Positions 21,646-31,849 of a stretch of 64,000 nt of DNA are shown one piece after another. This DNA is from Alphaproteobacteria bacterium (GTDB lineage Bacteria; Pseudomonadota; Alphaproteobacteria; GCA-2731375). Location: positions 352,001-416,000 of the forward strand of contig CBDDBZ010000039.1 of assembly GCA_965225945.1 (NCBI GenBank). Direction: 5' to 3'. The position numbers were made by a program, and so were the translations under genes. Under the pieces are notes generated by a model, which was not told where the DNA came from, did not search any database, and saw only the letters and a program-made list of their open reading frames with translations. The stretch's first letter is position 1. Each line of letters begins with the position of its first letter.

Positions 21646-22101
21646 ATGACGAGAGAGCGCTTGGCCGAGGCGCTGAAGGCGGCGGTCGAGGACGGCGCCG
21701 CCCGTCGGGCCTCGATGCTGCGCCTCATCCTCGCCGCGATCAAGGATCGCGACCTCCAGCTTCGCGGCGAGGGGCGGGAAGGCGGCGTCGACGAGGCCGC
21801 GATCCAGGCCATCCTGCAAACGATGGTGCAGCAGCGCCACGACAGCATTGCCCATTACGAGACCGGTGGCCGCTTGGAGGAGGCGGAGCAGGAGCGCGAG
21901 GAGATCGAAATCATCCACGAGTTCCTGCTGCGCCAGATGGCCGAGGCGGCGGTCGAGGCGGCGGTCGCCGCCGTGATCGAGGAACTGGGCGCCGGCGGCC
22001 TCAAGGACATGGGCCGGGTGATGGGCGCGCTCAAGAGCCGCCACCAGGGCGAGATGGACTTCGGCCAGGCGAGCCGGATCGCCAAGCAGCGTCTCGGTTG
22101 A
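21646..22101 (+). CDS. GatB/YqeY domain protein
   Basis: LRLILAAIKDRD, QRHDSIAHYETGGR, KDMGRVMGALK; divergent from carA. Confidence 0.9.
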   Translation: MTRERLAEALKAAVEDGAARRASMLRLILAAIKDRDLQLRGEGREGGVDEAAIQAILQTMVQQRHDSIAHYETGGRLEEAEQEREEIEIIHEFLLRQMAEAAVEAAVAAVIEELGAGGLKDMGRVMGALKSRHQGEMDFGQASRIAKQRLG

Positions 22102-22233
22102 GGCGACGCGGCCCGCTGAGCCTCCCGCTCCCCTGCTGCTCGTTGTCGATGGCCGCTCGCGCGGCCCGCCGCCTGGCCCGGCCGGGCCAGGCCACGCGCC
22201 AGCGTGGCGACGAATAACTGGGCTCCCGCGCCG

Positions 22234-23087
22234 TCAGCCCGCGGGGCCGGCGCGGCGTTGAGCGTCCAGTCGTAGTCGTAGGCGTCGATTCCGGCTCCGC
22301 CCTCCAGAAGCGTGCGGGTTTGCTCGTCGGCGTAGCGGCGCAGGTGTTCGATCACGCCGGCCTCGCCGCCGAAGTCGTCGCCGAACCAGGCGTAAATCTT
22401 GGAGGCGGTGAGCCCGCCATCGGGCCGCCGCGCGAGGCCTCGGCGGTGGTTCACATAGGCCCGGGCCGCAGCATCCAACCGGCGCTCGATGTTCCCGCCC
22501 GTGTAAGCCTCGCGGCCCAAGTTGGGGCAGCCGATCGCGGCACAGTTGACCGCGTAGTGGACCCTGGGGTCGCGCCAGATCGGCCGGAGGATCCGGTGCT
22601 CGATATCGTTCAGGCTCATCCGTTCGCCCTTCACCTCCACCAGCGGGTGGTTCCAGGGCCCGCTGGAGAAGAAGCCGCCCGAGAGCTTGATGTCGCGGAT
22701 GCTCGCGACCTTCGGATGATCGAGGATCAGGCGCACGGTGAGGGCGTTGTAAAGGTTGATCCAGTAGGCTATCTGGCTCGCCCCGGCCAGGGCATCGACA
22801 TCGCTCAGCGCCAGGCCGGCGAGATAGTCGTCGAGGGCGCGGCGATCGGCGGGCAACACCCGATCGTAGGCGACCCGGTTGACGCCGTCGGCGCCGGCAA
22901 CGACGTAAGCCTTCAGAAAGCGCGACCAGGGGCCATGATCCGGCGTGATCTCGGAGCTCTCGTCGCGGGCCTGCCAGCGCGGCCAGAGTTCCGCCTTGGG
23001 CGCGAACAGCGCCTCCAGCGCGGTGAAGCCCGAGAGCGCGGCGATCAAGGCCGCCGCCAGCGGAATTCGACCGAGGAATCGGGCCAT
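22234..23087 (-). CDS. DUF547-domain exported protein (stop codon apparently lost; open frame continues to 21855)
   Basis: AYWINLYNALT, SLNDIEHRILR, DPRVHYAVNCAAIGCP, SKIYAWFGDDF, YDYDWTLN; an out-of-frame TGA lies at 22234-22236. Confidence 0.8.
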
Positions 23088-23206
23088 ATCGCGATCTCCC
23101 TCCGCGCGGCGCGGCGAGCGCCCCGCCCGTGGATCTATTTGAGTGGCTTCCGTGTCCATACAAGCGGGGCGGCGATCACGTTGCCGTATGATCCCAACCG
23201 CCATAA

Positions 23207-24073
23207 ATGGCGACTCCCCGAACCGCCCCGGCGAGCGATCTGTTACGATCCGTCGAGCCGATAGGGGAGGATCCGCGCATGTTGTCGTCGGCGTTGCGAG
23301 GTCTTGGCGATGGAATCGTCGCCCGCGCCCGCGACGTCGCCGACTGGTTCGAGGAGGCGGGCAGCCTGCTGACGTTCGCGCTCGCCGGCCTGCCGCATTA
23401 CCTGACCCGAAGCGGCTTCTACATCCGCGCCGAAACCTCGCGGCAGATCTATTTCACCGCCGTGCAGGGCTTGCCCGTGATTCTGCGCGCCGCCGTCTCG
23501 CTGGGGATTCTGATCTCCTTCGCCCTGTTCTCGATCGGGCTCGAGGGGTTCGCCGTGCTGCTGCGCGCGATCGAGATCGCGATCTTCAACAATTTGGTGC
23601 CCATCCTGGTCGCCTTCATCGTGATCGGCCGTTCCGGCACGGCGCTTACCGCCGATGTCGCCACCTTCCGCATCCACCAAGTGACGGACACCTTCGCGGC
23701 GATGAACCTGGAGCCGTTTCATTTCCTGGTCCTGCCCCGGATCGTCGGCATCACCGTCTCGCTGCTGATCCTGACCTTCTGGACGAGCCTCGTCACTTAT
23801 GCCACCTGCGTGCTGATCCACCTGGCGCTGCATATCTCCTCGCTCCGCGTGATGCTGCTGGAGAGCGCCGCTATCTTCGCTGCCGGGCCGATCTTCCTGA
23901 CCGTGGTCAAGGTGATGATCTTCGGTATTTCGATCGCCGTCATTCACTGCCTGTACGGCCTTCGCTGTCGGGCCACCATCGACATCGCGCGGAATATCCC
24001 GCCGGCCGTCGTCACCGCGTCCTCCTGGTGCATGGTGGCCGCCGTCCTCGTCGACATCGCGGTCAATGTCTGA
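23207..24073 (+). CDS. MlaE-type ABC permease
   Basis: IVIGRSGTALTADVA, LVLPRI, PAVVTAS. Confidence 0.85.
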   Translation: MATPRTAPASDLLRSVEPIGEDPRMLSSALRGLGDGIVARARDVADWFEEAGSLLTFALAGLPHYLTRSGFYIRAETSRQIYFTAVQGLPVILRAAVSLGILISFALFSIGLEGFAVLLRAIEIAIFNNLVPILVAFIVIGRSGTALTADVATFRIHQVTDTFAAMNLEPFHFLVLPRIVGITVSLLILTFWTSLVTYATCVLIHLALHISSLRVMLLESAAIFAAGPIFLTVVKVMIFGISIAVIHCLYGLRCRATIDIARNIPPAVVTASSWCMVAAVLVDIAVNV

Positions 24074-24806
24074 GCCGGCGCTCCTGCTCCGGAACGCGGT
24101 GCTGCCGATCCGGCGCTCGACGGCACCCTTCGACTTCACCGCGCGGCGGGGCGAGACCTGGATGCTGCTGGGGCCCCTCGGCGGCGGCAAGACGACGCTG
24201 CTGAAGGTGTTGGCGACGCTCATTCGCCTCGACGCGGGCCGCTATGTCTGCCTCGGCACCGACGTTTCCGACTTTGACGCCGCCGACCGCGCCGTGGCGC
24301 GCCGCCGTCTCGGCGTCTGCCTCGAGCAAGACGGCCTGATCGAGGCCTGGTCGGTATTGGACAATCTGGCGGTATTGCCGCGCTATCACCAGCCGGGTCC
24401 GCAGTCCGAGATCGAGCGGAGGGTGTGGAACTACCTCGACTCCTATCACCAAAATCGCGACGTCGCCTCTCGCGGCGTCGCCGGCTTGACGCGCGAGGAA
24501 CGCCGCGGCATCGCCTTGCTGCGGGCGCTGTTCTTCGATCCGCCGGTGCTCATCATCGATGGCGTCGCGCCGGACGACGTCGCCCAGTACGGCCTTTCGA
24601 CACGCTTCCAACGTCGGCTGAACGATCCCGGGCGGACCGTGATCTGCCGTGCCACCCCGCGGCAGGCGCTGGCGCGGACTGGACCCGGTGACCGCTTGGC
24701 GGTCATGATCGACGGTCGGCTCACCGCGCAGGGGCGGCCGGGCTATATCGCGGACGCGGCCGACGAGGAGACCAGCGAATGGTTGCGATCCGTGACGCTC
24801 GCCTGA
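24066..24806 (+). CDS. MlaF-type ABC ATP-binding protein, degenerate
   Basis: Walker A GPLGGGKTT; signature and Walker B diverged (LTREERR, LIIDG). Confidence 0.8.
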   Translation: MSEPALLLRNAVLPIRRSTAPFDFTARRGETWMLLGPLGGGKTTLLKVLATLIRLDAGRYVCLGTDVSDFDAADRAVARRRLGVCLEQDGLIEAWSVLDNLAVLPRYHQPGPQSEIERRVWNYLDSYHQNRDVASRGVAGLTREERRGIALLRALFFDPPVLIIDGVAPDDVAQYGLSTRFQRRLNDPGRTVICRATPRQALARTGPGDRLAVMIDGRLTAQGRPGYIADAADEETSEWLRSVTLA

Positions 24807-24840
24807 GCGGTCGCGTCGCGTGGCCGGGGGACCGGCGGCG

Positions 24841-25926
24841 ATGACGGACGACGGGCTCGCCGCCTGGCGGCCAGCGGACCAGCCGGGACACGGGCGGCGG
24901 CGAAACCTCGGCGTCCGGGGTCGCCGGCGCCGGAGCTCCGGCTTCGTGCTCGCCATCGTCGCGACGACACTGCTGGTCGCCGGCCTGCTGCTATCGCTCA
25001 CCGTCGCGCGGAACCTGCTGTTCATCGATTCCGTGCGCTTCGTCGCGGTGATCGACAATGCCCGCGGCCTTCGCGTCGGCGCGCCGGTTCGCCTGGCCGG
25101 CATCGACGTGGGACAGGTCGATGCCGTGGCGCTGTCGCCGGACGGCGGGATCGAATTGGGACTGGTGGTGTCGAGAGAGTACGCCGCTCTGGTCCGCGCC
25201 GATTCCGTGGCGTTGCTCAGGAGCCCGCTCTTCGCCAAGAGCCATTTCGACATCTCCGCCGGCTCCGCCGGAGCCGAGGTCTTGGCCGACGGCGCGCGCA
25301 TCACGCTCGAGGCCGAACCGACGCTCGACGACATCGTTGCCGCCGTCCGGGGATCCGCCGCCCGGGTCGACACGATCCTCGACCGGATCGACGACATCGT
25401 CGCCACGGCGCACGCTTCGCGCGGCCAAATCACCGCCAGCCTCGATAAGTTCCACGCCACCAGCGAGGAAGTCCGGCGCCTCGCAGTGACCGCGCGGGCG
25501 ATCGCCGAGCGGGGCGAAGGGCTGGCTGGCCGACTCGGCGCCATCGCCGAGCGGTTGCGCGGCGCCGACGACGGTCTCGGCGGGCTCGGCGATATCGTCG
25601 AGAGCCTGGACGGGACGCTCGCCCTCCTCCGGGGCTTCATCGCCGCTGCCGATCAGTTGGTGGATCACGATGTGCGCGAGGTGTTGGTGGAACTCGACGC
25701 GAGCGCCCGCAACATCGCCTCGGCCGCCGGCCGCATCGACGCCATGCTGCGCGACAACGAGGAATCGCTCCGCTTCGGCGCCGAGCAAAGTCTGGTGCTG
25801 CTCCGGGGCTTCGTCGAGCGCTCCTCGACCCTCCTGGAGGTAACGACCCGGTTGCTGGAGCGACTGGAGAGCCAGCCCCTCGGCCAGGCCCTGAGTGGCG
25901 GATCGGGTGGCGTTCGGGTCGACTGA
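24841..25926 (+). CDS. MlaD/MCE-domain protein with long helical tail
   Basis: TM anchor, ARGLRVGAPVRLAGIDVGQV, VRADSVA. Confidence 0.88.
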   Translation: MTDDGLAAWRPADQPGHGRRRNLGVRGRRRRSSGFVLAIVATTLLVAGLLLSLTVARNLLFIDSVRFVAVIDNARGLRVGAPVRLAGIDVGQVDAVALSPDGGIELGLVVSREYAALVRADSVALLRSPLFAKSHFDISAGSAGAEVLADGARITLEAEPTLDDIVAAVRGSAARVDTILDRIDDIVATAHASRGQITASLDKFHATSEEVRRLAVTARAIAERGEGLAGRLGAIAERLRGADDGLGGLGDIVESLDGTLALLRGFIAAADQLVDHDVREVLVELDASARNIASAAGRIDAMLRDNEESLRFGAEQSLVLLRGFVERSSTLLEVTTRLLERLESQPLGQALSGGSGGVRVD

Positions 25927-25979
25927 CGCCCACCGCCCCCGACGGGGCGGCTGGAATTCATGTCCATTGGCATGACGCA

Positions 25980-27194
25980 TCAGGCCGCGGGCGCCGGGAT
26001 CGGGCGCCGCGACCTCTGGATCAGCCAGCCGACGATAGCCAAGTTGACGACGTTGATCGCCGCGGCGGTGAGAAAGGCCGGCTGGTAGGTGCCGGCAACG
26101 TCGAAGATGCGCCCGCCGAGCCAGCCGCCGAGCGCCATCCCGAAGGTGCCGAACAGGTAGATCGCCGCCAGCCGCCGGGCGAGCCCAGCGAGCGGAAAAT
26201 ACTCGCGGACGATATAGGCGTACATGGCGATGACGCCACCATAGCCGAGCCCATAGAGCAGGCAGACCGCGTAGAGTGTCCACAGCTCACGCGTATAGGC
26301 GATGGCGACCAGCATGGCGCACTGGATGGCGGAGCCGATCAGCAGCGCGCGGAGCCCGCCGATCCGGTCCGCCAGGATACCGCCCAGAACGCGCGAGACG
26401 AGCGAGGCGAAGAGCGTGGACGAGAGCAGCAGCGCCGCCTGCCGTGGGCCGAAGCCGAGGTCGCTGCCGAGCGCCACCAGATGCACCAGCGGCACCGACA
26501 TCGGGATGCAGCAGCAGACGATGGCGAGACAGAGGATCGCCGTCATCAGCCGGGGATCGTGCCCGAGGACCCGGCCGTCGGGGCCGGCGGCGAGGCCCTT
26601 GGCCTCGCCCGTCGGCGGCCGGCGCCCGAGCAGCTGGCTCAAGGCCAGCATCACCACCAGACTGGCGGCGGCGTAAATCTGGAAGGTCACGCGCCAGCCG
26701 AGGTTGTCGTTGAGGACGGTGACGAGCGGCGCCAAGATGGTCCCGCCCAGGCTCTGGCCGCAGGTGGCGATGCCGAGCGCCAGGCCGCGCCGCGTGTCGA
26801 ACCAGCGTGAGACGTTGGCGATGAGCGGCGTGAACATGCAGGCGTTGCCGAGCAGGCCGACGAAGATGCCGTAGCTCGCCCAGACCTGCCACGGGGCCTC
26901 GGCGAGGCTGGTGAGGAAGACCCCGAGGGAGACCGAAACGGCGCCGATCATCGCCACGCGGTGCATCCCGATCCGCTCCGCGAGCGGGCCGAAATAGAGC
27001 GCGCCGATGCCGCCGCCGAAGAAGCCCGCGGCAAAGCCGAGCGAGGGTACCTCGCGCGGCCAGCCCATCTCGAGCACGATCGGCTTCAACTGCACGTTCA
27101 GCACGAAGAGCGCGCCCTGGGAGAAGGAGATCAGCAGCACGGTGGCCCCCACGACGAGGGAAGGATAGACGTGATCGGGGATACGCGATCGCAT
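25980..27194 (-). CDS. MFS transporter
   Basis: MRSRIPDHVYPSL start, SRWFDTRRGLALGIA, GILADRIG, about 12 TMs. Confidence 0.88.
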   Translation of the reverse strand: MRSRIPDHVYPSLVVGATVLLISFSQGALFVLNVQLKPIVLEMGWPREVPSLGFAAGFFGGGIGALYFGPLAERIGMHRVAMIGAVSVSLGVFLTSLAEAPWQVWASYGIFVGLLGNACMFTPLIANVSRWFDTRRGLALGIATCGQSLGGTILAPLVTVLNDNLGWRVTFQIYAAASLVVMLALSQLLGRRPPTGEAKGLAAGPDGRVLGHDPRLMTAILCLAIVCCCIPMSVPLVHLVALGSDLGFGPRQAALLLSSTLFASLVSRVLGGILADRIGGLRALLIGSAIQCAMLVAIAYTRELWTLYAVCLLYGLGYGGVIAMYAYIVREYFPLAGLARRLAAIYLFGTFGMALGGWLGGRIFDVAGTYQPAFLTAAAINVVNLAIVGWLIQRSRRPIPAPAA

Positions 27195-27214
27195 GGGTCG
27201 GTTTCGTGCCTCGC

Positions 27215-28120
27215 CTATCGCATTCCGCCTCTGGCGGCCACCCGTGCCTCGCGGCGCGCGATGAACAATGCGCTGCCGGAAATGAGCAGAATGCCGAGGA
27301 AACCCCATGCGTCGGGGTGTTGATTCCAAACGAAGTAGCCTAGCACGACGGCCCAGATCACGCTGGTGTAGCGGAACGGCGCCAGCAGCACCGCCTCGCC
27401 GTGGCGAAACGCCTCCACCATCAAATACTGCGCCAGGGCGAAGAAAATTCCCGACAGCGCCAGCAGGCCGACGGCGGCGGCGTCGAGCGCCACCCAGCCG
27501 AGGGAGATCGTCGCCAGGCCCGCCAGCATGGTCACGACGTTGCCGATGAAGACGATGGAAAGCGAGGATTCGGTGGCCACGATCCGGCGCATCAAGATGT
27601 CGCGCAGGCCCAGCAAGAGCGCCACGGTGAGCGGCATCACGAAGACCCAGTCGAGCGTGGTGGTGCCGGGTCGAGTCACCAGGGCGACGCCGGCGAAACC
27701 GAGCGCCGCCGCCGACCAGCGCCGCCAGCCGACCCGTTCCCCCAGCAGCACCGGCGCCAGCGCCATGACGAAGATCGGGCTGGTGTAGATCAGCACGATC
27801 GCATCGGCGAGCGCCATCAAGGGCAGGCTGGAGACGAAGATGAAGAGGGAGACCGTGAAGAGCGCCGCGCTCATCGCCTGATGCTTGACGCTGCGTCCCC
27901 GAAGCGCCGCCAGCCCCTCGCCCCGCCACGCGATCAGAAGCAGCGGAGCCATGACGAAGAAGCCGCGCAGGAAGACGATCTGGCCCACCGGAAGCTCGCT
28001 CGCCAGCCACTTCATCAGGGCATCATTGGTCGTCAGGAAGGCGCTGCTGGCGATGATGAGGACGATGCCGCGTAGCGGGCTCGCCGCGGCGGGCGGCGTT
28101 GGCGCGGGCGCGTGGGTCAC
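27215..28120 (-). CDS. DMT/EamA family transporter
   Basis: DALMKWL, LLGERVGWRRWSA, LAPFRYT. Confidence 0.88.
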   Translation of the reverse strand: MTHAPAPTPPAAASPLRGIVLIIASSAFLTTNDALMKWLASELPVGQIVFLRGFFVMAPLLLIAWRGEGLAALRGRSVKHQAMSAALFTVSLFIFVSSLPLMALADAIVLIYTSPIFVMALAPVLLGERVGWRRWSAAALGFAGVALVTRPGTTTLDWVFVMPLTVALLLGLRDILMRRIVATESSLSIVFIGNVVTMLAGLATISLGWVALDAAAVGLLALSGIFFALAQYLMVEAFRHGEAVLLAPFRYTSVIWAVVLGYFVWNQHPDAWGFLGILLISGSALFIARREARVAARGGMR

Positions 28121-28121
28121 G

Positions 28122-28820
28122 TCAAGCGACGAGGAAGTTCACGATCCAGCGGGCCAGAAGCGCTGAATCTTGCCTCCGGGCGAGGCTCGCCAGGGCCGCC
28201 TCCGTCGCCGCCTCGCCATAATCGTCGCGTCTGAGGTTCAGCAGTTTGGTGGCGAAGGGCGGCTCGATCTCGGGATGCGGCTGCACGCCCAGCACCTGCT
28301 CGCCCAACTGGAATATGGCGTTCGGGCAGAACGCGCTTCCGGCCAGCACCTGGGCGCCCGGCGGCGGCCTCGCCACCTGGTCCCGGTGGAAGACGATGCT
28401 GGCGACGCGCGCCTGGGGCGGGTCCATCCAGGGGCGCAGGCCAGTGACGTCATAGTCGTGGACGCCGATGCCGTGTCCCTTCTCCAATTTGACGACTTTG
28501 CCGCCGAAAGCGTCGGCCAGCAGTTGGTGGCCGAAGCAGACGCCCACCAGCTTAGCGCCCGAGGCCCTGGCCGCGACGACGAATTCGCCGAGCGGCGCAA
28601 TCCATTCGAGGTCGTCGTGAACCCCGGCAGGACTGCCGGTGACGATATAGCCATCGCATGCCTCCGGCGTCTCCGGCAGCTCGCCGTCGTGCGCTGCATA
28701 GGGTCGAAAGCGAAGCTTCGGGTCGACCGGCGACAGGAGATTGATGAAGGGCTGGGCGTAACGCGGCTCTGGCTGCATCGCGGGGGGGATCGTGCCCGCC
28801 TCCAGCACGCCGATCAGCAT
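28122..28820 (-). CDS. Type 1 glutamine amidotransferase-like protein
   Basis: IVTGSP, GVCFGHQ, QPHPE catalytic triad. Confidence 0.88.
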   Translation of the reverse strand: MLIGVLEAGTIPPAMQPEPRYAQPFINLLSPVDPKLRFRPYAAHDGELPETPEACDGYIVTGSPAGVHDDLEWIAPLGEFVVAARASGAKLVGVCFGHQLLADAFGGKVVKLEKGHGIGVHDYDVTGLRPWMDPPQARVASIVFHRDQVARPPPGAQVLAGSAFCPNAIFQLGEQVLGVQPHPEIEPPFATKLLNLRRDDYGEAATEAALASLARRQDSALLARWIVNFLVA

Positions 28821-30055
28821 GGCGCCGCTCGCGCTTCGCGCAAGATCGCCGCCGCCGCGTCGGCGAGCACCTGGCAGCCGAGCACGATGTCGGCGTCGTG
28901 GCTGTCCTCGGCGAAGTCGTGGCTGATGCCACCGATCGAGGGAATGAACACCATGGCGCTCGCCAGTAGGCCCGAGACCACGCCCGCGTCGTGGAAGGCG
29001 GCGCTCTCCAGCTCCACCCACTTGGCCGGCGCGCGGGCCTCGGCGGCCCGGGCGATGTGACCCCGAAGGCCCGCATCCATCACCGTCGGCGCCACCGGTG
29101 CCCGGGACGGCGCGGCGATCACCGTGGCGCCGCCCAGGCCATTGACCGCCGCCGCGATCTCCTCGACCAGGGCGGCGAAGCGTTCCAGCACCAATTCGGA
29201 GGCATCGCGGAACTGCAGGCTGAGTTCCGCGTGGCCCGGCACGATGGAGGGCGCGCCGGGGCTGACCACGACCCGGCCCATGGTCCACACGGAGCGCGGG
29301 CCCATCGCCTCGGGGAAGGCCTGGTTGATCCGCTCGGCGAAGCCGAAGAGGGCGGCGGCGGCGTCCTTGCGGCGGTCCATCATGGTGGTGCCGGCGTGGT
29401 TCTGCTGGCCGGTGAAGGTGACGCTGTAGCCGCGCAGGCCGACGATATCGGTGACCACGCCGATGCTGTCGCCGGCGTCCTCCAGCCTCGGGCCCTGCTC
29501 GATATGGGCCTCCAGAAAGCCGAGATAGCGCCCCGGTTCGGGCCGGTGGCGCGCCACCCCGTCCAGGCCCGCCTCCCGCAAGGCGTCCGCCAGGCTCACG
29601 CCGTCCTGGTCGGCGAGGCCCGCCTCCATCCCGGCCGTCAATGCCCCGCAGAAGGCGCGGGAGCCCAAGCAGCCGAGGAAGCGGCCCTCCTCGTCCTGCC
29701 AAGAGATCGCGTCGACCGCGAGGTCGGCGGTCGTCTCGTCCTCGGCGAGCGCGCGGGCCACCTCCAATCCGTAGATCACGCCGAGCGCGCCGTCGAGCCA
29801 GCCGCCGGTCGGCTGGGTGTCGGAGTGGGAGCCAATCAGCAGCGCCGGGCCGGGATTGCGCGAGCGGCCGATCACGTTGCCGACGCCGTCGATTCTGGCC
29901 TCCAGGCCGGCCGCCTCATAGCGCGTCTTCAGCCAGTGGCGCGCCTCCATATCCAACGCGGAGAAGGCCGGGCGCACCACGCCCGGCCCCTCGGCGCCGA
30001 TGCTCCTCAGATGGCGCAGATCGGCGAGCAGACGGTCTGGGTCGGTCCTCGCCAT
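28814..30055 (-). CDS. M20 hydantoinase/carbamoylase-family amidohydrolase
   Basis: GSHSDTQPTGGWLDGALG, DEEGRF, EAHIEQGP, NHAGTT, GGISH. Confidence 0.9.
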   Translation of the reverse strand: MARTDPDRLLADLRHLRSIGAEGPGVVRPAFSALDMEARHWLKTRYEAAGLEARIDGVGNVIGRSRNPGPALLIGSHSDTQPTGGWLDGALGVIYGLEVARALAEDETTADLAVDAISWQDEEGRFLGCLGSRAFCGALTAGMEAGLADQDGVSLADALREAGLDGVARHRPEPGRYLGFLEAHIEQGPRLEDAGDSIGVVTDIVGLRGYSVTFTGQQNHAGTTMMDRRKDAAAALFGFAERINQAFPEAMGPRSVWTMGRVVVSPGAPSIVPGHAELSLQFRDASELVLERFAALVEEIAAAVNGLGGATVIAAPSRAPVAPTVMDAGLRGHIARAAEARAPAKWVELESAAFHDAGVVSGLLASAMVFIPSIGGISHDFAEDSHDADIVLGCQVLADAAAAILREARAAPC

Positions 30056-30170
30056 GGCTTCACTCTCCGCTTGGCTCGGGTGGCCGGCCAATAGTCGTCG
30101 ATCCGGCGCGCGCCAACAAGGCTCGGGTGGGGCGAGGTGCGGGGACGGCCGAGGTCGATGCCCGTCGGCC

Positions 30171-30986
30171 TCACGTGCCAACCTTGAAGGGGCTCGTCAG
30201 GCCGCGCAGCGTGGCGATGACGCTCAAAGGTGTCAGCTTGCCGGTCGCCGGATTCTCCGTCGTCGGCACGCCCTCGATGGTCATCTCGAAGCGGCAGGCG
30301 TCACCCTCGAGCTTGACGGTGTGGGTGTTACGGTCGACCGTGGGATCGGCCCAGATCTCGATTCCAGTCCGCTCCGGGCCGATGCCGGCGAGGCTGAGCG
30401 CGGCGCCGACGTTGATGTTGGCCGGAAAGCCCGCCGCCGCCTCGCGCGCGGTGCCCTCGAACACCAGGGTCGGTTGCACCACCGCGTCGAGGTCGATGCC
30501 GCTCGCCGCGATGTGCGGCGCGCCTTTCAGGCCGCCGGGCGGCTTCCGCGTCACCAGGGTGACCGAATGGATCTCGCCCTCCGCCGCCGCGCGCACCGCG
30601 TCGAGGCCCAAAAGCGCCCCCGTCGGCACGATGATGCGGGCGCCGGTCTCGGCCGCGCGCCCGATCAGCTCCTCGTGGCCGAGCAGGGCGCCGACGCTCA
30701 ACGGCAGCAGGATCCGGCCCTGCTCGATCGCCGGGCGGGCGACCTCGGCGAAGCTGGCGGCGGGGATCGCTTCCACCACCACGTCCGCGACCTCGGCCAG
30801 CTCGGCGAGGCCCAGCACCGCCGGCGGCGCGCGCAAACCGGCGAGCTTGGCCGCCGCGCGGGCCCGGTCCCGGGCCGAGACGGCGACCAGGCGCAGCCCG
30901 GCCATGGGGGCGTCGAGCGCGCGGGCCACCGGCAGGCCGATGGCGCCGAGGCCGGCGACGGCGACCCGGAGCGCTTCACCGGCCAT
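30171..30986 (-). CDS. nadX: Aspartate dehydrogenase-like protein
   Basis: GLGAIG, PTGALLGLD, TRKPP, FPANINV, RNTH, ENPATG. Confidence 0.85.
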   Translation of the reverse strand: MAGEALRVAVAGLGAIGLPVARALDAPMAGLRLVAVSARDRARAAAKLAGLRAPPAVLGLAELAEVADVVVEAIPAASFAEVARPAIEQGRILLPLSVGALLGHEELIGRAAETGARIIVPTGALLGLDAVRAAAEGEIHSVTLVTRKPPGGLKGAPHIAASGIDLDAVVQPTLVFEGTAREAAAGFPANINVGAALSLAGIGPERTGIEIWADPTVDRNTHTVKLEGDACRFEMTIEGVPTTENPATGKLTPLSVIATLRGLTSPFKVGT

Positions 30987-30991
30987 CGCCG

Positions 30992-31795
30992 TCACTCCCC
31001 GGGCGCCACGTCGAGGCGATGGACGATGCCCTCCAGCTCCGGGCTCACCGCCGGATAGCGCGTCAGGATCAGCGGGTCGTGGCCCGGAATGATGTGCTTG
31101 TCCGTCTCGGCGAGACGCCTGAGCTTGTGATAGCCGGCCAGCATGTCGGCGACGCTGTAAACCACGGGGAAGGGCGAGGGCGTCTCCATGTTCTCGTAGA
31201 AATGCGCCGCATCGACGGCCAGCACCACCCAGCCGCGTTTGGTCATCACCCGGACGCATTGGATCCCCATGGTGTGGCCGCCGATCAGGTGCAGGCTGAT
31301 GCCGGGCGCGATCTCCTCGTCGCCGTCGTGGAAGGCGACCCGGCCCTCGAACAGGCAGTCGATCAGCGACTTCACATGGCCTGGGGAATAGGGATAGCGG
31401 AGCGGCGCCTCGCACATGTGGCGGCTGGTGGCGTAGCGCACCTCGAGATCTTGAATATGGAAGTTCGCCGCCGGGAAATGCTCGATGGTGCCGGCATGGT
31501 CGAAATGGAGGTGGCTGATGATCACGTCGGCCACCTGGGCGCTGTCGAGGTCCATCATCGCCAGGCCCTCGCGCGGCAGGCGGGTGATGACGCGGCCGCG
31601 CCGCTCGCCCTCCTGGTAATCGAAGCCGGTATCGACGACCAGTGTCCGGTTCTCGTTGCGGATGATCCAGACGAAGAAGTCGATCGGCATCGCCGTGTCG
31701 TGCGCGTCGGTCATGATGAAGTTCTGGTGGCGAAAGCGCTCCGCGATATGGGCGTAGCGGACGGCGAAGATTTCGTGGACTTCAGGGTCGGCCAT
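30992..31795 (-). CDS. N-acyl homoserine lactonase-family metallo-beta-lactamase fold protein
   Basis: SHLHFDHAG, GGHTMG, DAAHFYEN, PGHDP. Confidence 0.88.
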   Translation of the reverse strand: MADPEVHEIFAVRYAHIAERFRHQNFIMTDAHDTAMPIDFFVWIIRNENRTLVVDTGFDYQEGERRGRVITRLPREGLAMMDLDSAQVADVIISHLHFDHAGTIEHFPAANFHIQDLEVRYATSRHMCEAPLRYPYSPGHVKSLIDCLFEGRVAFHDGDEEIAPGISLHLIGGHTMGIQCVRVMTKRGWVVLAVDAAHFYENMETPSPFPVVYSVADMLAGYHKLRRLAETDKHIIPGHDPLILTRYPAVSPELEGIVHRLDVAPGE

Positions 31796-31849
31796 GGTGT
31801 CGGGGTCTCCTTGTCGAATCGCTTCGGTCGTCGACTTGGTTTCAACGGG

